Assembly (NCBI GenBank): GCA_000002455.1
Contig: DQ158858.1
Span: forward strand, 66,137 to 98,136
Direction: 5' to 3'
From: Bigelowiella natans nucleomorph
Taxonomy: Eukaryota > Protista > Cercozoa
DNA length: 32,000 nt
How positions within the stretch are numbered: the stretch's first letter is position 1; each line of letters starts with the position of its first letter. A program made the translations under genes and the position numbers. The notes below the pieces were generated by a model. The model was not told the origin of the DNA and searched no databases. It was given only the letters and a program-made list of their open reading frames with translations. Positions 21,241 to 32,000 of this stretch are shown here, in pieces.

Positions 21241-23139
21241 ATGACAAAAGAATCAACTTCACATATTGCTGGTATCGATCTAGGTACAACTTATAGTTGT
21301 ATCGGAATGTGGATCAAATCCAAAGTTCAAATAATAAGCAATGAAGCGGGTAATCGTACTACAGCTTCTGTTGTAGCTTTCACAGATGATGATAAATTAG
21401 TCGGTGATGCTGCAAAAAATCAAGCAATCTTTCATCCTAGCCAAGTCGTTTATGATTCCAAAAGAATGCTAGGTAAAAAATATAATGACGAAACAATTCA
21501 GGATGATATGAAAACATGGCCATTTAAAGTTTTACAAGGACCTAAAGAATCAATTTTAATATCCGTTCAAATTAAAGGAGAAACAAGAGAGTTTTCCCCT
21601 GAACAGATCTCTTCAATAGTTTTAAGAAAAATGCGTGAAATTGGAGAAAATTTTACATTAAAACCAATAAACGACGTAGTTATTACTGTTCCAGCCTATT
21701 TTAATGATGGCCAGAGAATTGCAACCAAGGATGCGGGCGCACTAGCTGAACTAAAAGTAAACCGTATCGTTAATGAACCAACTGCAGCCTGTATTGCTTA
21801 TGGTATGGATAGAACTAAAAAACAATCCAGAGAAAGAAGCGTACTAATCTTTGACCTTGGTGGTGGTACATTTGATGTATCCATCCTTTGTATTGACGGC
21901 GGGGTCTTTGAAGTAAAAGCTACTCATGGAAATACACATTTAGGTGGTGAAGATTTTGACCGTGCTCTAGCAGACTATATCATTTCTGAGTTTGAAAAAA
22001 AACACCCTAATACAAATCTAAGAAAAGACGATCGTGCTTATAGAAGAATCAAATCCGCTTCTGAACGTGCTAAAAGAACATTATCATCAAAAACTTCTGC
22101 CCAAATTGAATTAGATGCTTTAATAGATGGTATTGATTTTAGCTTAATGCTTACTAGAGCAAGATTTGAAGAAATTTGCGAGCCATTATTCAAAAAACTT
22201 GTAGATCCTGTTTTAAACTGTATCAGAGATGCAGGATATGCTAAAAAAAAAATTCATGATATTGTTTTAGTTGGTGGATCAACAAGAATCCCCGCTGTTC
22301 GTGATCTATTAGCTGAACAATTTAAAGGACGAGAGATATCAAATAACATCAATCCGGATGAAGCTGTCGCATATGGAGCTGCTATTCAAGGAGCCATTCT
22401 AGCAGGTTTGGAGGATGATACCGTTAATCAATTATTATTGTTAGATGTTATACCACTTTCATTAGGAATCGAAACTGAAGGTAGGTTTAATGAAGTAGTA
22501 GTCCCTAAAAATAGTACAATACCCACTACCAGGGACCAAATGTTTGGTGCTTCAAGTGAATTTCAAGAAGCCACCCTATTAAAGTGGTGGAGGGGAAGAG
22601 CACTTACAAAAGACTGCCACGAGCTAGGACAATTTACAATCAACGTAACTCCTCAAGCTCGCAAAGATTCCAAAGTCATGGTTGTACTTGATATTGATGC
22701 TGATGGACTGCTAGAAGTATCAGCTATGGACATGAAATCTAAAAACTCTAATAAATTAAGTATAACAAGTGACAGAAGAATACTATCAAGTGACGAAATC
22801 GGAAAAATGATAGATGAAGCTAAACAATTCGAAGAAAAAGACAAAAAGGATAAACTCATATTAATGAAGAAAATTGAATTAAGGAGAGAACTTGATAAAG
22901 CTCGATCAACATTCCCTGATCTAGATAGCTACAAACAAAGATCAATACCAGACGCAAGAGCCAACGAGTTTACTCAATATTTAAATGACCTTGAAATGTG
23001 GGTAGATCATGACAATAACCAAGATGCTGCACTTTATGATAAAAAAACCGAAGAACTAAGAAAAAAACTAAATTATTTAACAAGTGGATCTGACGCGAAA
23101 AATTCATCTAAAGACCCTAAAGAGAATGTACTAAGTTAA
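21241..23139 (+). CDS. hsp70: Cytosolic-type Hsp70
   Basis: Intronless 632-aa ORF with GIDLGTTYS, TVPAYFND, IFDLGGGTFDVS, RARFEEI and VLVGGSTRIP. Confidence 0.97.
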   Translation: MTKESTSHIAGIDLGTTYSCIGMWIKSKVQIISNEAGNRTTASVVAFTDDDKLVGDAAKNQAIFHPSQVVYDSKRMLGKKYNDETIQDDMKTWPFKVLQGPKESILISVQIKGETREFSPEQISSIVLRKMREIGENFTLKPINDVVITVPAYFNDGQRIATKDAGALAELKVNRIVNEPTAACIAYGMDRTKKQSRERSVLIFDLGGGTFDVSILCIDGGVFEVKATHGNTHLGGEDFDRALADYIISEFEKKHPNTNLRKDDRAYRRIKSASERAKRTLSSKTSAQIELDALIDGIDFSLMLTRARFEEICEPLFKKLVDPVLNCIRDAGYAKKKIHDIVLVGGSTRIPAVRDLLAEQFKGREISNNINPDEAVAYGAAIQGAILAGLEDDTVNQLLLLDVIPLSLGIETEGRFNEVVVPKNSTIPTTRDQMFGASSEFQEATLLKWWRGRALTKDCHELGQFTINVTPQARKDSKVMVVLDIDADGLLEVSAMDMKSKNSNKLSITSDRRILSSDEIGKMIDEAKQFEEKDKKDKLILMKKIELRRELDKARSTFPDLDSYKQRSIPDARANEFTQYLNDLEMWVDHDNNQDAALYDKKTEELRKKLNYLTSGSDAKNSSKDPKENVLS

Positions 23140-23632
23140 TATTGTATGGGACTTCATCGTCGCAAACATCAATATGTTGATCACTATTGTATCTAGTTCC
23201 ATAGGCTTATTCCTTGTCAGTATCTCATACATAAAGTTATATAGATATTTGTAACCATGGCTCTTCATACTACAAGACTCTTATGTAAGTCGATAATTAC
23301 TTTATCATATGTAACATTTAATTAAAAATTATATTATACACCTATATTTCTTGATACATGCACAGATAGCTCGCCCTTATATATACGCCGCTCCCTAGTA
23401 TCTTACAAAAAAAACCCAAGCATGAAGGTACAAACTAGAGGACAAAACAAATCCTTATCAGATAAATACACAACACCTAAAGTTTCCATCCAGTATCGAA
23501 AACGATATGATCCTTTATGAAAATAGACACCGTTTCGCCAGAAAATCAATTATAGGGTAATCCAACGACAAGATGAGGTTGCACTTGACACACCAGGCTT
23601 TCCAAAAAGATGCACGAAACAAACCCAAATGA

Positions 23633-23917
23633 CCAAGAAGTTTTCTTAGCAAGGAAGAGATCGATCAGATCATTGAAGATGCCCAGAAGTATTCAGGTGA
23701 GGATAAGGCCGAAAAGGAATTTGTCGAGATTAAAAATAACGCCGAGGCTCTCATTTACGAAGCTCAGAGGAAGCTACAAGAAGACAGCGAACTTGCAAAA
23801 TCTGAGAAAGCTTCACAGATACAGTCTACCATCGATGCCCTGCGATCCGGTCTGAACAGTAAAGACAGGTCTGCCATAACCCAACTCATGAGTGAACTAC
23901 AAACTCTACTTCAATAA
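23633..23917 (+). pseudogene. dnaK: 3' fragment of plastid-type dnaK (lid domain only)
   Basis: A frame missing from the ORF track reads LSKEEIDQIIEDAQKYSGEDKAEKEFVEIKNNAEALIYEAQRKL...LQTLLQ*. It has an in-frame TGA just upstream and no ATPase domain. Partial dnaK copies are known from B. natans subtelomeric repeats. Confidence 0.88.
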
Positions 23918-24644
23918 TAACCATGGCCTTACAGAAGGTCGCTCGCTATTATATTTGACAAGACTTTACTAATTAAAGCCTATAATTAACTTTTTTTTGT
24001 TTTAGGATTATTCACTTAATATTTACCTTACTCCCTTTTTCTAACCACCGTATAGAGATGAGTGCATGTACATTCAAAGAGCACCTTCAGACACGGTGGT
24101 AAAAAAACCTCAATGTTTCACATGACTCTTACTAGAACATACCTGGACGATCTGTGACCACAGGAGAAGCTATTTCTCTACAAGACGTAGGGGTGCACAC
24201 CCCTACTCCTACTTTGCGTTTACAGGACTCCTCTGTCTCTCTTATCAACTGAAGTTTGGAGGTGCTTGATATAGAAATAGTCTCCTCCTTTTGGATGTAT
24301 CTCAAGAAAGCCAAAGACATCTCAAAAAATGCTCCGAATCAAATTCAAGGAATGCAACCCAGGTTGGCTTATTAATCAAGGTAATTGAGATAGTGCATGA
24401 CATCAATGGGCGACTCTCTACAGATTCATCGAACGTTCAAGAGGACTGTTAAAAGTTGAGATACTCTAGTAGCGACGCAAATTTATGTAAGCGAGGCTGA
24501 AATAACATCAAGAGATGCTAACCCAAGAGGATATATGATTAAAAGCCTTAAACGAGATAATGCCTGAAAGTAAGGTAACGAAAAGACTACAACTAAGAAT
24601 AGTAAGAAGCAGAATTTTTGTATACTTGCATCCTTATTCCGGAG

Positions 24645-25038
24645 GACCTAGTGAACCGGGGGTAGGCCTGCACGGATCACGCGTTTGCACTCTCTCGCTT
24701 CCAGCACCCCGTTCCTCTTTAGCACGGTCGTCTACAGTGGGTCCTTGGCGGAGGTCTTGCCCCAGAATGATCTGAGGCTCGGGCGCGTCAGTTCTGTGCC
24801 CTCTAAGGGGTACATAAGGGCTTCTTCCTCCGCTTCGCGCAGAGGCTTGTCTTGGCCGGCCGCGTTCCTCTCGCCTGGCCGTGTCTCTGGCAAGGGTTCT
24901 GGCTTGAGAGGCTGTCAGCCATTACCCCACGGATGTAGCCTCGCGCCATCGACGGCTCCATCGAGCGCGTTACCAAGTATCCGATCGAACCGTTCCTCTC
25001 GTACTAAGCTCCATTACCATCACACCGGTCCCTCACAA

Positions 25039-25093
<55 letters not shown>

Positions 25094-25128
25094 GTCTGTG
25101 GGTGAACAATCCAACGCTTTGTGAATCC

Positions 25129-25162
<34 letters not shown>

Positions 25163-25204
25163 AATCAAAAAGCAACGTCGCTATGAACGCTTGGCTGCCA
25201 CAAA

Positions 25205-25239
<35 letters not shown>

Positions 25240-25651
25240 AGCTTCACACCCAGAAGGCTAAAGGATCGGTAGGCCATGCTTTCGCAGCTCAAGCTCCTAC
25301 TGAGAGCCCGAATCAAGTCAGCTTCTACCCTTAACTACACCACACGAGAGTTCTGTCCTCGTTGAGCTGACCATAGGACACCCGCGTTGTCTTTTGACGG
25401 GTGTACCGCCCCAGCCGAACTCCCCACCTGGGGGTGTCTCTCGTGCGTAAGAAGCCAAGCAAGCGAGGAATCGCGCGGATCCTACACTTACTCGAGTATG
25501 CCTGCCGCGCACAAACCACGCCACGGGAGTGGGTCCATGCACGCTTACGATAACAAGATCAGCAGGACGATCTTGGGAGTGGTGGTATTTCAGTGACGCT
25601 CGGAAGCTCCCACCTATGCTACACCTCCTAAGTCGCCCAACAACCCCAGGA

Positions 25652-25686
<35 letters not shown>

Positions 25687-25693
25687 GTTTCTC

Positions 25694-25727
<34 letters not shown>

Positions 25728-25798
25728 GGGTAGGTAGGGACAGTAGGAATCTCGTTGCTCCATTCATGCACGTCACTAATTAGATGACGAGGCATTTA

Positions 25799-25839
<41 letters not shown>

Positions 25840-28196
25840 TGCTTCGTCGAATCTCTCCGTCTTGACAGTCTGAGCACTGGGCAGGATTCACATTGCGTCA
25901 ACATCCGCGGGGGACCATCGCAATGCTGTGTTTTTAGTAGACAGTCGGATTCCCTTGGTCCGCGCCAGTTTCAATTGAGTCAACCTCCCCCAGGTATCAG
26001 TATCGTTCCTCGGTGACCCCTGACACGACACCCGCCACACAAAGACCGTCCATTAGTATACAGACACACATCCTTGGATCGGGGAGTTGCACCCGCTGTG
26101 GGATGTGTATAGATCTCGTATTTTGTGTAGGCCGTCGGGTCTCCGCCACGCGAAACTTCACTGCGCACTTCCGCAGCGATACCCAGGGGGGTAACGATCG
26201 AAGCCAATCCTTATCCCGAAGTTACAGATCTAATTTGCCGAATTCCCTTACCTACCTTTCTCTATCGACTAGAGGCTGCTCACCTTGGAGACCTGATGCG
26301 GTTATGGGTACGACCTTGGGAGGTGCATCCTTGTCGCTCCCTCGCATTTTCATGGGCCCGCCCTGATGCACCGGACCCCGTGTTTCGAACAGGCTGTGCC
26401 GCTTGTGGAGCCCCTTCTCAGTTGACCCTGCTCCAAGCCCCCACAAGCATCAAGAGGAGTAGAGACCTCCTCCCGGGATCAAGGCGAGCGTCTGCGAGCT
26501 CGCTTGCGTTGCCGCCTTCGGATCCCTCCAAGGTAAGGGAATATTAACCCTTTTCCCTTTCGATGAGGATGCTACGGCGCTACCCTAATCCTTAGGATCG
26601 ACTCACCCGCGGCCAAACGCTGTTCCCGCGGAACCCTTCTCCACTTCAGTCTTCAAAGTTCTCATTTGAATATTCGCTACTCCCACCAAGATCTGCACTA
26701 GGCGCCGCTCCACCGAGGCTTACGCCATGGCTTCGAAGCAACACCCACGCCCTCCTACCCGTGAGAGCAACGTTCGCGCTCACGGTCGAGTCTAAGTCAC
26801 ACGCTTGAGCGTCATCCATTTTCGGGGCCTACTGGTTCGGCAGGTGAGTTGTAACACACTCCTTAGCGGATTTCGACTTCTATGACCACCGCGCCGCTGT
26901 CAGTATCAGCTGACACCTTCCTGGGATCTAGGTGAGCGTGTAGTTGGACACTTTAACTCGACACTCGGTTCATCCCGCATCGCCAGCTCTGCTTACCAAA
27001 ACTGGCCCACTTGAGACTCTCGGTCGCGCTTACCCCTTCATCCAAGCAAGGAGGCGCCGTGCCAATTCAGAGTTTGAGAACGAGTCGAACATCTATCCAC
27101 GCCCGTCACTCGTAATCAGTCGCTTTACTTGACACACCCGATCGAGTCTCAGCTATCCTGTGAGAAACTTCGGAGGGAACCAGCTACTAGGTGGTTCGAT
27201 TGGTCTTTCGCCACTAGGCCCAGGTCAGAGAAGCGATTTGCACGTCAGCACTCCTTCGGGCCTCCACCAAGCGTTAGCCAGGCTTCGCCCTGCCCAGGCC
27301 TAGATCACCACCTTTCGGGTCCTGGGAGGCCTGCTCCACCGGATCGCTCAGACGCGAAGCTCTCAAACGCATGACTGCGCACTTCCGCAGCGAGCCCGGT
27401 ATGGCTATACCGGGATGCATCAGCGGTAATAAGGCTCCGCGTATAGGGCGACCGGTCAAGGTTGGACACATGGACCGTGCCTCAGTTCGGCATGGTCCAT
27501 GTGTCCAACCCCTGGTCAGGTTTCTTACGCCCGTGTGGCTCGCCGCACACTGACTCGCAGACCTGCCAGACTCCTTGGTCCGTGTTTCAAGACGGGTCAT
27601 CGGAGGATGTTGGATCGATCCTCGTGATCAGGTCATGCAGGACATGCCTGACTCTGTCTCTATCTACACAGCCCCTCATCGTGTCACGAGATTCGTTTCA
27701 GATCCGTGTCGGACCTGTCTCGTGCGATGCGCGGCTGGGATCGATCAAAGGAACTGGCTTATAACCATCCCCACATCGCACCCCCAGATGCTTCCACCCT
27801 AATGATTTCAGGTTCTCATTTCACTCCCCTTCCGGGGTGCTCTTTCATCTTTCCCTCGCGGTACTTGTTCGCTATCGGTCTCCCGGTTGTATTTAGCCTT
27901 GGATGGGGTCTACCACCCGCTTCAGGCTGCACTCTCAAGCAACCCGACTCTCAGGAATTGGTGGATCATCCGGGCCCTGGTAAAGGGTATTGGACCCAAC
28001 CCGCGCGTGACTTACGAGACTCTCACTCTCTCTGGTGGGACATTCCAGTTCCTCTTCAGACACGTGCGGGTATAGGGTTTCCCTTTAGCTAGGAATACAC
28101 CCATCGGATTCACCACTCCGTTTTCCTTTTACCCTACAATGCACTAGAACCTGGCCTCCCTTGGCTCAGGTTCAATGCGCTTCGTGGTTGGGCTAC

Positions 28197-28253
<57 letters not shown>

Positions 28254-28298
28254 ATGATATGCTTAAGTTCAGCGGGTTCTCCTGCTCGTGGGTAGGAC
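24645..28298 (-). rRNA. 28S (LSU) rRNA
   Basis: Reverse complement contains ACCCGCTGAACTTAAGCATATC at the 5' end, the PTC region and the sarcin-ricin loop AGTACGAGAGGAAC (~24988-25004). Ends are approximate. Confidence 0.97.
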
Positions 28299-28459
28299 CT
28301 CATGCGCTCGTGGGTCGTTCAGCGACCCACAGGAAACTAGCCTCTCCCCACCGCTAGGGTAGGGTCCGGTATTTGATCCGTCCTCAAGGAGATTTGGACT
28401 CACTTTCGGATATCGGACACGGCGCTGCAGCACACTCGTGCCACAGCGATGGCAGCTCT
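28299..28459 (-). other. ITS2
   Basis: Spacer between 5.8S and 28S. Confidence 0.8.
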
Positions 28460-28637
28460 TGTCACTACTCCAGGGCATGCTCAGCCTGCTACGGCTCCAC
28501 TGCTGAGCGCCAGATGCGTTCGAAGATTCAATGATTCACGAGTCCGCGGAATCCTGGTCTATGCGCGTATCATCGCATGTCGCTTTCTGCTACGTTCTTC
28601 ATCGATACGGGAGCCTAGACATCCATCACTAGGGTTT
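28460..28637 (-). rRNA. 5.8S rRNA
   Basis: Reverse complement has GATGGATGTCTAGGCTC, TCGATGAAGAACGTAGC and GTGAATCATTGAATCTTCGAACGCA. Confidence 0.95.
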
Positions 28638-28742
28638 CTTCGTTCACACTTGGTAGGTTCACCTGCCATGCGCCTGACTGTTTCTCTTTCGTCACGTGTT
28701 TCAACCTTGACTTACGCTCGCGCGCTGGGCTCGATTTAGAAG
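28638..28742 (-). other. ITS1 (about 105 nt)
   Basis: Spacer between the 18S 3' end and 5.8S. Confidence 0.8.
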
Positions 28743-28755
28743 CGATGATCCTTCT

Positions 28756-28797
<42 letters not shown>

Positions 28798-28882
28798 TTA
28801 GATACTGACGGATCGAGGGAGGTCTACAACGCGAGGGTGTTACCCTGGTCGATCTCTCGCTCTCTCCAGCCGATCCATTGGC

Positions 28883-28920
<38 letters not shown>

Positions 28921-30665
28921 TTCAGCACGAGCTGATGACTCGTGCTTACTAGGCATTCCTCGTTCAAGATCAACAATTGCAATGATCTATCCCTGGCAGG
29001 GTGCGGTTTACGAGGCGCGCCAAACCTCTCGGTTCAGCCCTCATCTCATTGCTCGCACCATTGTAGCGCGCGTGCAGCCCAGAACATCTAAGGGCATCAC
29101 AGACCTGCTATCGCCTCATGCCTCCCTTGGTTTCCCACCAAGCGTCCTCCTAGGATGCTCATTTCGTAATGCTCGGTCCTGGCCCATACCCGGATTGCCT
29201 TCACCAAGCTACTCCCTTCGTGGATCTTGGTTGTACCCAAGTCTACACCGGATATTCAACGTACTGAGCTCGCTAGGAGTTGAGGTCTCGCTCGTTACCG
29301 GAATTAACCTGACAAGTCAACTCACGAACTAGAAACGGCCATGCACCACCTCCCATAGAATCAAGAAAGAGCTATCAATCTGTCAATCCTCCCTATGTAC
29401 GGACCTGGTAAGTTTTCCTGCGTTGAGTCAAATTAAGCCGCAAGCTCCACGCCTTGTGGTGCCCTTCCGCCAATTCCTTTAAGTTTCAGCCTTGCGACCG
29501 TACTCCCCCCGGAACCCGAAAGCTTGTGATTTCTCATAAGGTGCTGATGGAGCTATCGAGAAGAACGTCCACCAACCCCTAGTCGGTATCGTTTACGGCT
29601 AGGACTACACACGGTGCCTAATCGTGTTCGCTCCCCTAGCTTTCGTCCACTGATCAATGAAAACATACTGGACGGATGCTTTCGCTGTTGTTCGTCCTCC
29701 ATTGGTCACCGAATTTCACCTCTAGCAATGGAATACGACCGCCCCCGACTGCTCCTATTAATCCTTCCTCCGATCCCGAGCGCTAGCGCAATCCGGGTCG
29801 GAGTCCTTGCGTTGTTATTCCATGCTATTGTGCCTAGAGTACTCCGTACTTGCTATGAACACCACAATTTCGTCAAGGTAACATGGGGCGATATCTCCGC
29901 AGGGCTACACAAGCTACCCCTTGGGGATGGTCACCCCAGTAACTCCTAGCGTCAGACGCGTTACGAGCCTTTAATTCGACTACGGACGTTTTAACCGCAA
30001 CAACACTAATATATGCTATTGGAGCTGGTATTACCGCGGCTGCTGGCACCAGTCTTGCCCTCCAATCGGTCATCACCCAACGGTTTAGATTGGATGCATT
30101 CCCTATACAAGATCACGGATCTATACTAGGGTATGTTTCGTCACTACCTCCCTGCGTCAGGATTGGGTAAGTTGCGCGCCTGCTGCCTTCCTTAGAAGTG
30201 GTAGCCGTCTCTCAGGCTCCCTCTCCGGAATCGAACGCCAATTCCCCGTTACCCGTCATTTCTTTGGTAGGCCACTACCCTACCAACGTGCAAGATGATG
30301 GGGCAGAAATTTGATTGGAGCATCGTTAGCGTTGTTCAGCTATACTAGTAGCTAAACGGCCATACGATTCGACAGTTATTATGATTCAACACGATCTCTA
30401 CACTCAGGCTATAACTTAAGGCTGAGTGTCGAGGCTAGCGTTTATAACTAATAAATACGCCCCTCCTAATCTCCTTGACGGATGAGTTGGGGAAATTCGC
30501 ACGTATTAGCCACAGAGTTACTACGGGTATCCGAGTAGTCCATACCACCAAATAGATTATAACTGGTATAATGAGCCATTCGCAGTTCACCAGTGGTTTA
30601 CACTTAGACATGCATGGCTTAATCTTGAAGACGAGCATATAACTACTGGCAGGATCCACCAGCTA
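28743..30665 (-). rRNA. 18S (SSU) rRNA
   Basis: 5' CTGGTGGATCCTGCCAGTAG, GTGCCAGCAGCCGCGGTAAT, TTGTACACACCGCCCGTC and 3' GTAGGTGAACCTGCAGAAGGATCA. Confidence 0.98.
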
Positions 30666-31775
30666 TCAAGTCGCATCTCCGCAAAGCGGAAACTATTCGA
30701 GAGGCGCCGTACCGGCGCCTCTCTGGTACATCATCCGATGATGCAACCCGTAGAAAAAGATAATTCTACAGGATCAATATTCAAGCATGATCCATGCTCC
30801 CTCTCGAACCAAAGCCCGCATCGCGAAAACTCTCTTAGACCTCTTTGTAAACGCTGCCTCTGAGACTCGAAACGTGACCTAGTTAGAGAGTAGGAAACCA
30901 TTGTTTTGATTTGTTTAGTTGGGGTTTCTCCTGGGAACGCATACCACTGGACGACAAGCTCGCCAAACCGAAACTCTTCTCAGCGGGAAATAGCTCACGT
31001 ATATAACAAAAAGCTTGAGTGTGGGCTAACCGTTCTTAGATGGTGACAACCCTCAAGTTGTTGATGTGGGGCTTCCACAACGTAAGAAGAGAATCTGGGG
31101 AGACAAAACTCCAGTGTGTGCTTCCCTGTGCGGATACACAGCTTTGGACGTATTCGATCAGCCGAAGACTTTCTAATTGAAGGTCTACTAAACGTATACC
31201 TGCCAAAACCATATCGCGCGTGTTAGTTATAATTGAGTCAAAATACTCTCGCTGTAGTATTTATAGGTCGTTGAACGTGTATTATCCTACAGGACTTCGT
31301 TCAGTATCTTACAGGGATGCCGCTAGGCGCATCCACGAACCGGTTGCGGTGTTTCGGTTCTTATCCGTGAATGTTTCCGGATGTCTAATTAAGCAACAAG
31401 AGTATCAATTGAGCGTGGAACGCTACACAGGCCCTAATCTAAGGGCTAGTATAAGGTCTGGAAGCGTCCGAATTCCAAGGTATGGGCAGGAACACCGCAT
31501 CATGGGCGAGTTTCTACCAAAAACCAGAATACCGCGCTGCATACGCCGCGTACAACCAGAAGGAACTAACTCCATGCCAAATGCTCACACAAAGAGACTA
31601 ACGAACATGTTAGTGTTATGCGTGCAAACCCAAACTGACGAGTTAGAAACTATCTGCATTAAAGGTAGACAAAATATAAAAGGATGCAGATTCTACAAGG
31701 TTTAAAATTTTAATTATGTCAAGTTTAAATATTTAAAAACTAGTAACAGAGCGGCGCAAACAAACCACCACACGC
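30666..31775 (-). promoter_or_regulatory. 5' ETS and presumed Pol I promoter region
   Basis: Lies upstream of 18S. Hairpins at 30678-30690, 30699-30723 (11-bp perfect stem) and 30729-30743. The promoter position cannot be determined from sequence alone. Confidence 0.6.
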
Positions 31776-32000
31776 AGGGTCTAGGGTCTAGGGTCTAGGG
31801 TCTAGGGTCTAGGGTCTAGGGTCTAGGGTCTAGGGTCTAGGGTCTAGGGTCTAGGGTCTAGGGTCTAGGGTCTAGGGTCTAGGGTCTAGGGTCTAGGGTC
31901 TAGGGTCTAGGGTCTAGGGTCTAGGGTCTAGGGTCTAGGGTCTAGGGTCTAGGGTCTAGGGTCTAGGGTCTAGGGTCTAGGGTCTAGGGTCTAGGGTCTA
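31776..32000 (+). repeat. Telomere (TCTAGGG)n, about 31 copies to the window end
   Basis: Perfect 7-nt tandem repeat, the known chlorarachniophyte nucleomorph telomere motif. Confidence 0.99.

Noticed and set aside
23140-23632. Telomerase RNA template or U1/U2/U6 snRNA (CCCTAG at about 23394, TTGCAC at about 23579)
   Set aside because: I found no full CCCTAGA template, no ACTTACC, no GTAGTA in U2 context and no ACAGAGA box.
23610-23855. 81-aa ORF MHETNPND...
   Set aside because: It is an off-frame reading of the dnaK fragment.
24560-30659. Many 60-130 aa ORFs on both strands
   Set aside because: They lie within the rRNA genes and are incidental frames in GC-richer structural RNA.
31776-32000. 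Tandem repeat as CRISPR or satellite
   Set aside because: It has no spacers, is terminal, and is a known telomere motif.

Overview
This is the end of a chlorarachniophyte nucleomorph chromosome. It most closely matches Bigelowiella natans, judged by the (TCTAGGG)n telomere, the 18-21 nt GT-AG introns, and the subtelomeric rDNA with a dnaK fragment. Bases 1-23139 are very AT-rich and tightly packed with eukaryotic genes whose ORFs are broken by tiny introns, which I spliced by hand. In order they are pno1, a nog1-like gene, a SURP-like ORF, rps6, clf1/crn, an RFC small subunit, a prp2-like DEAH helicase, rpl5, eIF2-gamma, a nop56-like gene, cwc22, rps28, rpl19, the plastid-targeted tic20 and clpR/clpP, an RBM39-like gene, kre33/NAT10 and cytosolic hsp70. 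After these comes a GC-richer subtelomeric block: a dnaK 3' fragment, a minus-strand 18S-5.8S-28S rDNA unit and the telomere. I see no clearly new multi-gene system. The best leads are several housekeeping enzymes that appear to have lost catalytic motifs, a recurring ~50 nt spacing between divergent genes, a speculative degenerate 5S-like segment, a helix-45 mimic in ITS1 and a dual-frame exon. All protein identifications are by eye from remembered family motifs, with no database searches, and boundaries are approximate where stated.
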